Positions 30,950-40,015 are shown, counted from the first letter of the stretch. The stretch: DNA of 64,000 bases from Bacillota bacterium (GCA_023439545.1 JAEXNT010000031.1:25994-89993); one strand, 5' to 3'. The notes: generated by a model from the sequence alone, not told the origin. Numbers and translations: made by a program.

Positions 30950-31809
30950 CTATTTTCACCTGATTTCTGCTCCAGAGCCAGAGTTTTGTTTTTGATTTCC
31001 TTTTCAGCCTCTTCAGCCTCTTCCTTGGATGGACTCCAATAATGGAATGCAGCGTTGCCTTCTCCTTCGGACAACCCCTTGCATTTGACGGTGCGGGCGA
31101 TTATAGCCGTAGGCCTGCCCTTTTCCAGGGGTATCGAGTCGAGGGTTTCTACTATCTCCTGCATGCTGTTGCCGTCTATATTCCTTACTGCCCAGCCGAA
31201 TGCCCTGAAGCGCTCGTCTATGGGCGTCATGTTCATGACGTCCTCCACTTTTCCGCTGATCTGAAGACCATTGTAATCGACAAATAAAACAATATTGTCC
31301 AGATGATAATGGGATGCCACCGAGGCCGCCTCCCAGTTGGAGCCTTCCGGCAGTTCGCCGTCTCCCATCACGACATATATCCTTGCAGCCGGATGCTCAT
31401 CCCTCATGCCCAGCGCCATACCGCAGGCTATCGATAAACCGTGTCCCAGCGCGCCCGTATTTGCTTCCACTCCAGGCAGCTTGTGCATGTCCGGATGACC
31501 CGGGATCTTTGAATGCAGGCTACCGTAGGTATCCAGCACCTCCTTTGTGAAATACCCCTTTTCTGCAAGCACTGCGTATTGAGCCAGGCACTTATGGCCT
31601 GCCGACAAAATAAAACGGTCCCTGTCTTCTTTTTTGGGATTCCTGGGATCGATATTCATCGAGTGAAAGTAAACGGCTGTGACTATATCCAGGCAGGAGA
31701 ACGCCCCGCCTATGTGGCCGTGTTCGCTGGCCTTGATCATTCGTATCACATTTTCACGGCATTTTGATGCCGTCAGTTCCAAAGCGGCTATTTCATTCAA
31801 ATCTGCCAT
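30946..31809 (-). CDS. Transketolase, N-terminal (ThDP-binding) subunit, copy 1
   Basis: GHIGGAFS, SAGH, GDGELPEGSNWEA motifs. Confidence 0.9.
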   Translation of the reverse strand: MADLNEIAALELTASKCRENVIRMIKASEHGHIGGAFSCLDIVTAVYFHSMNIDPRNPKKEDRDRFILSAGHKCLAQYAVLAEKGYFTKEVLDTYGSLHSKIPGHPDMHKLPGVEANTGALGHGLSIACGMALGMRDEHPAARIYVVMGDGELPEGSNWEAASVASHYHLDNIVLFVDYNGLQISGKVEDVMNMTPIDERFRAFGWAVRNIDGNSMQEIVETLDSIPLEKGRPTAIIARTVKCKGLSEGEGNAAFHYWSPSKEEAEEAEKEIKNKTLALEQKSGENR

Positions 31810-32249
31810 CAGATCTCACCTTTTTCATAAGAGACTATTCTGTCGACTTTTGATTTAGACCTCGAATTCGGATCGTAGGCCAATCCTAGATATTCTTTTA
31901 CAAAGCATTTTGCCGATTCTATCCCGGTAACCTGCGCACCCATTGTAATAATGTTGGCGTTATTGCTGAGCTGCGCCCTCTGCGCCTGGTATATATCGGT
32001 GACCAAAGCCGCGTAGGCGCCTTTGACTTTGTTGGCTGCAATACTGACGCCGATGCCCGTCCCGCAGATCAGGACGCCCCTGTCGCATTTGCCTGCCGCA
32101 ACGTCGGTAGCTACTTTAATTGCAGTGTTTGCGTAAATTGGATCGTCGCTGCCGTAATCCACGCATTCGTGCCCCAATGATTCGATATACGGGATCAATG
32201 CCATTTTAAAATCTGTTGCGTTAGGATCGCACCCGATAGCTATTTTCAT
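31809..32249 (-). CDS. rpiB: RpiB/LacAB-family sugar-phosphate isomerase
   Basis: MKIAIGCD..., ICGTGIGVSIAANK; 146 aa; TGATG overlap with the tkt gene. Confidence 0.85.
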   Translation of the reverse strand: MKIAIGCDPNATDFKMALIPYIESLGHECVDYGSDDPIYANTAIKVATDVAAGKCDRGVLICGTGIGVSIAANKVKGAYAALVTDIYQAQRAQLSNNANIITMGAQVTGIESAKCFVKEYLGLAYDPNSRSKSKVDRIVSYEKGEI

Positions 32250-32290
32250 ATCATTACCTCCATTTTATTGAATATCCGGTTTGAATTTTA

Positions 32291-32335
32291 ACTTGTATAT
32301 ACCTGTATAATATAATAAGGTTTCTGATTTGTCAA
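32291..32335 (-). promoter_or_regulatory. Promoter plus GTATATAC-core operator (site A) for rpiB-tkt
   Basis: On the minus strand: TTGACA (32335-32330), 17-nt spacer, TATTAT (32312-32307), then ACAGGTATATACAAGT (32306-32291). Confidence 0.7.
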
Positions 32336-32413
32336 CTGCATGCTGATCGTTATTGAATGAATGCATCGCAAAAGTGAAACAAAAGAACCGCCCCTGCGTT
32401 TCAGTTAATAATC

Positions 32414-32460
32414 TTGACTGTAGGTAATGCCGATGCTAGAATAAAGCTGTATATACAGGT
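32414..32460 (+). promoter_or_regulatory. Promoter plus operator (site B) for the kinase-dhaKL operon
   Basis: TTGACT (32414-32419), 17-nt spacer, TAGAAT (32437-32442), then AGCTGTATATACAGGT (32445-32460, a 12-bp perfect palindrome). Confidence 0.7.
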
Positions 32461-32612
32461 AAGTACAGTGGTATATAGTTATAATTACTGTAATAATAAG
32501 TCATTATAAGCTTAATGGCTGAAAAAATATACAGTTTATTTGTTCCAAGCAGGATGTTCAGCGCCCTTGAGGCGCGAATTACAATTAAAACATCCGAAAA
32601 GGAGAAAAACGT

Positions 32613-33953
32613 ATGGAAAAGACTCTTCTTCAAAGACTTGACACCGATATGGACGCAGAGCTGGCCAGGCTCATCGGGCTATTCAGGGAGAATAAGGCGC
32701 CCGTTTTCAATTCCTACATGAAAGAACACTTCAGGATTGCCAAGAGCAAGCCCGACGAATTTTCAAACCACCCGCCCGTATTGGCAATCTCACTGGGCGG
32801 AACCAATCTCAAGCTTATGATCGCAGGGATGAAGAACGGCACGATGATGGTCGAGCATGTCAGGGCGATGCAGATCCCCGCACACCCGGTTGAATTCACC
32901 GAATTTTTTGACGAGATACTGATGTGTGACGAGTATATAAAAAATTACCTGAGCAAAAATGAAAATACTTACGTAGGCTTTTCCTTCCCGATGGCTATCT
33001 TTGACGGCGTACCCTTTCATCCCACAAAAGTTCCCAATTTAAAGGGAGTCATCATACGGGATATGGACGACCTGAGCCAGAAATTCAATTTTGGAAATAA
33101 TTTTAATACTTACCTGAAGAATCGTGGCTTCCATCCGGTCGAGCTGTTTTACCAGTCCGATGGCATCATTGCGCACCACGGCGCAGTAGCGCTATGCGAT
33201 ACGGAGCTCGAAGACAGCACCACGCTGATCATTTGCGGCACGGGCATGGCGACCGGCGACGAGGAAAATTACATCCAGCTGGGTATAGCTGAAATAATAG
33301 ATAATGATGAAGAAATATATCCCGCCTCTGAAACGGAGAATCACCAGTACCAATATGCATTGGCGGGCAAGGGACTGTTCGGGTTGATGAGAAGATGCAT
33401 CGGGATCGCATCGGAAGAACCGGGATCGCACGTTGCAGGGCATGATCTGAGCGAGTATTTTACGGACTCACAGGGCTCGAAGACGACTGTTCAGATATGG
33501 GAAAGCAGCCTTGAAGGGTGTATCCCGGAGGATGTGGCCGGAACGATATCGGACAGGGTCGGTCCCGAAGCTTACGCCGAGCTGCAGAAAATAGCGGGAA
33601 AAATCGTGGAAAGGGTCATTGGTTCGATCGCAAACAGCGTTGTTTCCACGATTGTAAAGATGGGTCCCGCCGCAAATAAAAAGGGCCATCTGGTATTTTT
33701 CGAGGGCAGCGTCGTAAACAACAGAAATATTTTGCCGAGGGTAAAGACCGAGATAGCCCGGAGGATCAATAATGCAGCGTTATACAGCCGCATTGGGGTA
33801 CCGCAGCCCTTGCTGCCTGATATGGAAAGATCGCTGAAGCCTTTGAAAGCCTGCGGGGGGCTTCCCGAAGCATTGCTTGCGGACGTCGACATCACGCTGA
33901 TAGGAGCGGCGTCATCTGTCATGGCGGAGACCTGTCTGAGAAAGCAGGGATAA
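32613..33953 (+). CDS. Hexokinase-family (ASKHA) sugar kinase, paralogue 1
   Basis: Collinear with eukaryote-type hexokinase motifs: LAISLGGTNLKL (phosphate-1), GFSFP, IICGTGMA (phosphate-2), AGKGLFGLMRR, FFEGSVV. 446 aa. Confidence 0.6.
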   Translation: MEKTLLQRLDTDMDAELARLIGLFRENKAPVFNSYMKEHFRIAKSKPDEFSNHPPVLAISLGGTNLKLMIAGMKNGTMMVEHVRAMQIPAHPVEFTEFFDEILMCDEYIKNYLSKNENTYVGFSFPMAIFDGVPFHPTKVPNLKGVIIRDMDDLSQKFNFGNNFNTYLKNRGFHPVELFYQSDGIIAHHGAVALCDTELEDSTTLIICGTGMATGDEENYIQLGIAEIIDNDEEIYPASETENHQYQYALAGKGLFGLMRRCIGIASEEPGSHVAGHDLSEYFTDSQGSKTTVQIWESSLEGCIPEDVAGTISDRVGPEAYAELQKIAGKIVERVIGSIANSVVSTIVKMGPAANKKGHLVFFEGSVVNNRNILPRVKTEIARRINNAALYSRIGVPQPLLPDMERSLKPLKACGGLPEALLADVDITLIGAASSVMAETCLRKQG

Positions 33954-34053
33954 ACGAATGAAGCGGCAAAACATACGAACTGGTATGACGCTGCCCAGGT
34001 TGGCGACAGCCGTAAGGGCGGCGGTATATTAAATATAATAGGCGGGTGACTAT

Positions 34054-35052
34054 ATGAAAAAAATTCTGAACAAGAACGAAAGTTTCGTGGATGAAAGCCT
34101 GGAAGGCATCCTGGCGGCACACGGCGATATGCTGAAGGCTTGCGGCAGCGATATAAGAGCCGTTTTCAGGGCGGACTGCCCCGTGAAAAACAAGGTTGCC
34201 ATAGTAACGGGAGGCGGCTACGGACACCTGCCCGTTTTCCTGGGATATGTGGGTAAAGGCCTTGCGGATGGCGTTGCGGTCGGAAATGTATTCACTTCTC
34301 CGAGCTGCGATACGATCATAAACGTCACCAGAGAGGTCGACGGCGGAAAAGGCGTGCTTTACCTGTTCGGGAACTATGTCGGAGACGGCATGAATTTCGA
34401 TATGGCCGGGGAGATCGTCGGGCTCGACGGCATAGAGACAAGGATCGTAAAGGTTTCGGACGATATAGCCTCTGCGCCGCGAGAAAGCTGGCAGCAAAGG
34501 CGTGGCGTGGCGGGGCTGTTTTTCGTTTATAAAACTGCAGGCGCAAAAGCCGAGCAGCTGGCTGACCTCGAAGAAGTGCAGAGAATTGCTGAAAAAACCG
34601 CAGAACGCACCGCGACGATGGGCATAGCCATGTCCTCCTGCTGGGTGCCGGGGGCGGGGAGGCCTATATTCGAGATCAGTGAGGAAGATATCGAGGTAGG
34701 CATGGGGATCCATGGAGAACCGGGGGTAGAGCGCATTAAACTGGAAACTTCCAAAGAGATCGCGCAAAGAATAGTACCGAGGCTGGTCGAAGACCTGGGA
34801 CTGAACGACAAGTCCAGGGTTTCGGTGCTTGTCAACGGTTTGGGCTCCACGACTCGTGAAGAGCTTTATATACTGTACAGGGATGTCGATCAGCTGCTTA
34901 AGAGTTTCGGGATTACTACAGTGAAGGTTTTCGTAGGCGAGTACGCCACATCGCTGGAGATGGCGGGAGCCTCGGTCTCCATACTGGAGCTTGACGATGA
35001 ATTGACCGGGCTTTTGGAAGCGTCGGCATGTTCGCCTTTTATCAAATTATAG
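34054..35052 (+). CDS. dhaK: Dihydroxyacetone-kinase family, DhaK (substrate-binding) subunit
   Basis: GGGYGHLPVFLGYVGKG, NVFTSPS, GMGIHGEPG (covalent His retained). Confidence 0.85.
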   Translation: MKKILNKNESFVDESLEGILAAHGDMLKACGSDIRAVFRADCPVKNKVAIVTGGGYGHLPVFLGYVGKGLADGVAVGNVFTSPSCDTIINVTREVDGGKGVLYLFGNYVGDGMNFDMAGEIVGLDGIETRIVKVSDDIASAPRESWQQRRGVAGLFFVYKTAGAKAEQLADLEEVQRIAEKTAERTATMGIAMSSCWVPGAGRPIFEISEEDIEVGMGIHGEPGVERIKLETSKEIAQRIVPRLVEDLGLNDKSRVSVLVNGLGSTTREELYILYRDVDQLLKSFGITTVKVFVGEYATSLEMAGASVSILELDDELTGLLEASACSPFIKL

Positions 35053-35064
35053 GGAGTGGGTAAA

Positions 35065-35691
35065 ATGGCAATAGGAATAAATCAAGTTATCGAGGTCTTG
35101 TTGAAATCGGCGGAAGTAATAACCGCGTCCAAGGATCAACTCGAACAGCTCGACAGTGCCTCAGGCGACGGGGACCTCGGGATATCCATGAAAAGAGGGG
35201 CAGACGCCATCAAAGCAGTTCTGTCCGCCATAGGCGCTGAAAACGATATAGGAAACCTGCTTATTAAGTGCGCGATGGCCTTCAACAAGGAGGCTCCCTC
35301 AACGCTCGGAACGCTGTTGTCCTCCGCGATGCTGGCGGCAGGGAAGGAAACAAAAGGCAGAAGTGAGCTATCGGAAGGCGATGTTGTCAAACTTGCGCAG
35401 ATAATGACAAAAAGTATAATGGATCGCGGCAAGGCGGCTCTTGGAGATAAAACCATACTTGACGCCATGATCCCGATGAGCGAAGCCATGAGCAACAGCT
35501 TCGAACAGGGCGGAAGCCTTGCCGAATCGGTCAATGCCGGCGCTGCTGCGGCTGCGGCAGGGGCGGAAGCTACGAAGGAGCTCGTTGCAAAGGCTGGTAG
35601 GGCCAAATGGATAGGGGAGCGTACGAACGGCTTTCTTGACGGCGGCGCGGTGCTGTGTTCGATAGTCATAAACCACCTGGCGAAGGTTTAG
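35065..35691 (+). CDS. dhaL: Dihydroxyacetone-kinase family, DhaL (nucleotide-binding) subunit
   Basis: ATG lies 8 nt after AGGGAG. DSASGDGDLG Mg/ADP site. About 208 aa. Confidence 0.85.
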   Translation: MAIGINQVIEVLLKSAEVITASKDQLEQLDSASGDGDLGISMKRGADAIKAVLSAIGAENDIGNLLIKCAMAFNKEAPSTLGTLLSSAMLAAGKETKGRSELSEGDVVKLAQIMTKSIMDRGKAALGDKTILDAMIPMSEAMSNSFEQGGSLAESVNAGAAAAAAGAEATKELVAKAGRAKWIGERTNGFLDGGAVLCSIVINHLAKV

Positions 35692-35815
35692 AACTTTTTA
35701 TCGGGTTGAAGTGAAAGAGCCCGGCGCACCTGGAGGTTTATGGAACATGGCAAAAATTTTTGCGCCGCCTAACAATACAGCTTATGTGCTAACGCAATAA
35801 GCTTGCTTGTTCAGA

Positions 35816-35847
35816 AATAGCAGGTGCTCGATGTGCCTGCTATTTTT
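35816..35847 (+). terminator. Intrinsic terminator after dhaL
   Basis: AATAGCAGG-tgctcgatgtg-CCTGCTATT followed by a T run. Confidence 0.8.
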
Positions 35848-35857
35848 ATATAGCCGA

Positions 35858-35902
35858 TTGACAGAGGTGAACATATAGAGTATTATACTTGTATATACAG
35901 CT
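35858..35902 (+). promoter_or_regulatory. Promoter plus operator (site C) ahead of a roughly 200-nt leader and gntR
   Basis: TTGACA (35858-35863), 17-nt spacer, TATTAT (35881-35886), then ACTTGTATATACAGCT (35887-35902). Confidence 0.7.
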
Positions 35903-36065
35903 TTAGTCAGGTTAATACGAAATCAGATTGAAGGCTGTCAGCCCGAAGCGACGGCAAAGGGCAAGCCTACGATCCCGGCGATTCTGTAACGCTCCTTGAT
36001 AATTCAATATTTACAGAGGTCCTGAAGTGCGGCGGCGTCATATTGGTATCGGCATTTTGTAAAAG

Positions 36066-36094
36066 TTGACAATGTCCGATAAATTAACTATAAT
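36066..36094 (+). promoter_or_regulatory. Second, operator-less promoter immediately upstream of gntR
   Basis: TTGACA (36066-36071), 17-nt spacer, TATAAT (36089-36094). Confidence 0.6.
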
Positions 36095-36120
36095 TTTCAT
36101 ATATTATGGAAGGTAAAATT

Positions 36121-36840
36121 ATGCTTGAACGTTCGAATCCGAAGCCCTTATATCTGCAATTGACAGAGATAATAAGGGAAAAAATCCATAACGGCGAATG
36201 GGAAGCCAATAATCCGATACCATCGGAGAATGAGCTCAGCAAGATTTACGGACTGAGCAGGATGACCGTCAGATCCGTTATCACTCAATTCGTTTCCGAG
36301 GGCTTGCTGTACCGTGTACCAGGCAAGGGTACCTTTGTAGCAGAGCCTAAGATCACTGCGAAGTCTTTGTCCTATGCCGGCATAAGGGAACAGCTCGAAC
36401 AAATGGGATATGCGATATCTACCCGGATACTGAGCACCGAGACAATCGGCGCCGCCGGTCAGGTCGCGGAAAACCTGGCTTTGGAAAGCGGCAGTCCCGT
36501 ATATATGATAAAAAGGCTGAGGTACATCGGTGAAAATCCTCTCAGCCTGCATGTGAGCTATGTGCCCGTGGAAATGTGCAAAGGCCTCGATTCTGAAAAA
36601 CTGGAGAAGGAGCAGCTTTGTGTCGTACTCAAAAATGAGTACGGCCTGTCGCGCGGCAAAGTAGTTGAAACTCTCGAATCCTGTATGGCAACGACAACCG
36701 AAGCGAAGCTTCTGGAAATAAAGGCGAACCATCCTCTGCTGCTGCTTGAAGATATCATATATTCCGGCGACGGGATACCTTTCGAATATTCAAAAGTCCT
36801 TTTCAGAGGCGACAAGATCAAGATCAAAATGGAATTCTGA
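36121..36840 (+). CDS. GntR-family regulator, HutC subfamily (UTRA effector domain)
   Basis: Winged HTH ...PSENELSKIYGLSRMTVRSVITQFVSEGLLYRVPGKGTFV. The ATG at 36121 has a GGAAGG RBS. The ORF-track start at 36106 is too close to the -10 box. Confidence 0.85.
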   Translation: MLERSNPKPLYLQLTEIIREKIHNGEWEANNPIPSENELSKIYGLSRMTVRSVITQFVSEGLLYRVPGKGTFVAEPKITAKSLSYAGIREQLEQMGYAISTRILSTETIGAAGQVAENLALESGSPVYMIKRLRYIGENPLSLHVSYVPVEMCKGLDSEKLEKEQLCVVLKNEYGLSRGKVVETLESCMATTTEAKLLEIKANHPLLLLEDIIYSGDGIPFEYSKVLFRGDKIKIKMEF

Positions 36841-36966
36841 CAGTGTTTTCTGAATATGCTCTGCCGACTGATTTTCGCAAATATGCGAAAGTCTTTTTGC
36901 GCATCTCTTTTTAGCCTTGATTATAGCTATGAAACCATTCTTTTATTTCACTAAGGGGGAAATAAT

Positions 36967-38313
36967 ATGAGCAACAACTTACCATTTTGCCGGTTGAATT
37001 GCAGCCTGGGCTCATTGCTGAGTCCGGCCAATGAAGAAGGAAATATCGCCATAATAAGTTCCGATGAAGATTATGTCAGGAGAGTCCAGGACAAACCCCT
37101 CGGACTTGACGAGTTTATAAAATTGAAGGATTTTGTGAAATACATCGGAGTAACCCAAAACTTCAGGGAGATCGTCGACTTCTTCAAATCTCCGAAGGGA
37201 GAAACGCCGGCTGGTTTCCGCGTGGAATACGTGCTGGAGGGTAGTGTTCTGAAAGCCGATCTGGCGAGGGACATCGCCTATGACCGGAACGGAATCAGGC
37301 GGCCGACGAATCTGCTGTTTTCAGCAGATTCCGCGAACCCGTACGAGGTGGCGCCTGTAAGTAACCTCCTTGCCAATCTGACCTGCAACCCCGGGATAAT
37401 ATACGATCTTTTCATAAACAACCCGAAAGCCAATATTGGCAATAAATATAAGACAAGAGACGAGGTCATGGAGGAGATCGGCAGAATACTGGGTCCCGGC
37501 GCCGATATAAGCGTCGAGCTGAACAATCCCTTCTCCGCTTCGGAACAGGAGATTCTCGAGGAAGCTGCGAAATTCAAGGAGATGCTCTCGAAATACAGGG
37601 TTGTTATAAAAGTGCCGCATACCGGTCCCGTCAACAAGGATAACGTCGGGGAGCTTCTGATCGGGGATAAGAAATTCCAGAGACGTTACAGCGACGGCTC
37701 CGTAGAGGACATGTTCAGGGGCCATAACCTGGCGCTCATGCTCCACGAACACGGATACAGGGTCAACTTCACGCTGATGTTCGAGCCGTACCAGACAGCG
37801 CTGGCGCTCCAGGCCAGGCCGTATTTCATCAACAGCTTCATCAGGCACAGGGGCGCCCACACACACATGATAAAAGGACTTCTTGAAGCATACAATACCA
37901 GCGGAGAGACGGCTTTCCTGAAACAGCTGCGCAGTTATATGATCGATACCGATTACTTCTCGGCAAAGGACACGGACATAGACTTTTTCAAGGTGAAGGA
38001 AACCGCAGAGCTTTTTGTTGAACAGAGAAATGCGGATACTGTTGAAGGATCAGACGGTCTCGACGGAGTGAGGCACAACCTCAGGTGGCTGAGGCAGGCC
38101 AACCTGCCCGATACCAGGCTTATAATCTGCAGCATGGAAGGTGAAAGGAACTACCCCGATATCGACAGGCTGTTGACAGAAGAGGAATTCAGAGATATGG
38201 TAGGTAAAGTGGTCATTACGGCAGAGCCCGGATACCTCGCTAGATTCACCTCGACTCCGCAGGTAGTGGCTTACCAGAGAAGATTCATGAATGCGGCAAA
38301 CGGACAAAAGTAA
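36967..38313 (+). CDS. Transaldolase/fructose-6-P-aldolase superfamily protein, long form with an N-terminal extension of about 110 aa
   Basis: Collinear with Fsa/Tal motifs: FSADSANP...NLTCNPGII, VVIKVPHT (Schiff-base Lys), NFTLMFEPYQTALALQARPYFINSFIRHRG. 448 aa, versus about 220 aa for Fsa-type enzymes. Confidence 0.6.
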   Translation: MSNNLPFCRLNCSLGSLLSPANEEGNIAIISSDEDYVRRVQDKPLGLDEFIKLKDFVKYIGVTQNFREIVDFFKSPKGETPAGFRVEYVLEGSVLKADLARDIAYDRNGIRRPTNLLFSADSANPYEVAPVSNLLANLTCNPGIIYDLFINNPKANIGNKYKTRDEVMEEIGRILGPGADISVELNNPFSASEQEILEEAAKFKEMLSKYRVVIKVPHTGPVNKDNVGELLIGDKKFQRRYSDGSVEDMFRGHNLALMLHEHGYRVNFTLMFEPYQTALALQARPYFINSFIRHRGAHTHMIKGLLEAYNTSGETAFLKQLRSYMIDTDYFSAKDTDIDFFKVKETAELFVEQRNADTVEGSDGLDGVRHNLRWLRQANLPDTRLIICSMEGERNYPDIDRLLTEEEFRDMVGKVVITAEPGYLARFTSTPQVVAYQRRFMNAANGQK

Positions 38314-38330
38314 AAGGAGAAATGTAATAG

Positions 38331-39899
38331 ATGTGGCAGGCGGCTATCCCGTTTTCTAATGTTTTTATTGCCGCCGTAATTGCGGCGGCGCCTATAATAT
38401 GGATATTGTTCGGCATGCTGAAGCTTCAGCTGCCATCGTACAAAACAGGGCTCATAGCGCTTGCGATGGTGGCGCTGTCTGCGCTCCTGATATGGAAGAT
38501 GCCTGCCGGGCTGCTGATCCAGTCCGTCGTGGAAGGTGTGATGCTCGGTCTTTTCCCCATAATATGGGTCATATTTGCAGCCATATTCACCTATAACCTT
38601 CTCGTAAAGAGCGGCGCAATGGAAAAGATAAAGCGGATGCTTTCGAGCATATCGACGGATCCCCGTGCGCAGGTGATCATAATAGCATTTGCCTTCGGTG
38701 GGTTCATGGAGGCCACGGCAGGCTTCGGGACCGCTGTTGCGATCCCTGTGACCATTCTTATTTCAATGGGTTTCGAAGCTGAGCTTGCAGCCGTACTGTG
38801 CCTCGTCGCGAACACTGTGCCTGTGGCTTTCGGAGTCGTGGGCATACCTGTCATAACGCTCGCACAGCTGACAGGTCTGCCGCTTGGAGAGGTTTCGTTC
38901 AACACCGCGCTTCAACTGCTGCCGTTATCCGTGGTATTGCCTTTGATACTTGTCATCATAACTACCGGAAGGATCAGGGACGTAAAGGGAATGATCCCTG
39001 CAGCAGTCGTCAGCGGCATCACCTTTGCGGCAGGCCAGACACTGGTCGCGTGGGCCGTGGGTCCGGAGCTTGCTGCGGTAGTCGGTTCGATACTTGCCCT
39101 GGCGGCTTCTGTAGTGTGCGTCAGACTGCAGGGAAACAAAAAAGTCTGGCAATTCCCGGGCCGGATACAAACCGGTGCGGAGAAGGGCCCGAAGGTCGGG
39201 TTGGTTGAAGGTCTCAAGGCCTGGAGCCCATATATTTTTATCCTGGTATTCGTACTTGCTACCAGGCTGCTGCCCGCGCTGAGTTTTCTGAACAAGGCGC
39301 CGTTCACGGTGAAGCGCCTGTTCTATACCGGCAAGGGCGGATCGCCTATGAGCTTCCAGCTCCTGTCCAACCCCGGTACGATCATACTGATTGCAGCCAT
39401 ACTCGGCGGACTGATCCAAAGGGTAAGCTTCAAGGATATCCTCTCAGTCGGTTGGATGACGCTGAAGCAGATTACGAAAACAACGGTTACCGTGTTGACG
39501 ATCATACCTCTTTCGAAGGTAATGGGCTACAGCGGTATGATCTCAGTGATTTCGACGGGACTTACCAACGTGACGGGATCGTTCTTCCCTCTCATTTCGC
39601 CCTTCATAGGCGCACTGGGAACGTTCATAACGGGCAGCGATACTTCCGCTAACGCTTTATTCGGCGAATTGCAGAGGCAGACGGCGCAGCAGATCGGGAG
39701 CAGCCCGGCCTGGCTGGCAGCCTCCAATGCTGCCGGTGCGACCATCGGGAAGATGATATCGCCGCAAAGTATTGCAATAGCGGTTTCAGCCATAGGCTTG
39801 CCGGAGCTTGAAGGAAAGATTATGAAAAGGACTCTGAAATATGCAGTTGTTTTCGTAGTAGTCCTTGGAATAATAGTATACGCGGGTAATATAGGTTGA
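38331..39899 (+). CDS. L-lactate/glycolate permease (LctP) family transporter
   Basis: 522 aa, polytopic. The conserved FAFGGFMEATAGFGTAVAIP segment is typical of the LctP family. Confidence 0.8.
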   Translation: MWQAAIPFSNVFIAAVIAAAPIIWILFGMLKLQLPSYKTGLIALAMVALSALLIWKMPAGLLIQSVVEGVMLGLFPIIWVIFAAIFTYNLLVKSGAMEKIKRMLSSISTDPRAQVIIIAFAFGGFMEATAGFGTAVAIPVTILISMGFEAELAAVLCLVANTVPVAFGVVGIPVITLAQLTGLPLGEVSFNTALQLLPLSVVLPLILVIITTGRIRDVKGMIPAAVVSGITFAAGQTLVAWAVGPELAAVVGSILALAASVVCVRLQGNKKVWQFPGRIQTGAEKGPKVGLVEGLKAWSPYIFILVFVLATRLLPALSFLNKAPFTVKRLFYTGKGGSPMSFQLLSNPGTIILIAAILGGLIQRVSFKDILSVGWMTLKQITKTTVTVLTIIPLSKVMGYSGMISVISTGLTNVTGSFFPLISPFIGALGTFITGSDTSANALFGELQRQTAQQIGSSPAWLAASNAAGATIGKMISPQSIAIAVSAIGLPELEGKIMKRTLKYAVVFVVVLGIIVYAGNIG

Positions 39900-39907
39900 C
39901 GGTCACC

Positions 39908-39933
39908 GGCCGGCGTATTGACATACGCCGGCC
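39908..39933 (+). terminator. GC-rich stem-loop after the permease gene (no T run)
   Basis: GGCCGGCGTAT-tgac-ATACGCCGGCC. Confidence 0.4.
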
Positions 39934-40015
39934 ATGAACGCATAATATTGATTACACCGCATAAATTGCATGCGAGCCTCGCAATTTCGTCCGGGTTAAG
40001 CATGGGGGATATTGA

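Noticed and set aside
35944-36012. Arg-rich 22-codon TTG-initiated ORF in the leader downstream of operator site C.
   Set aside because: No RBS and a non-ATG start, with a composition consistent with chance in a GC-rich stretch.
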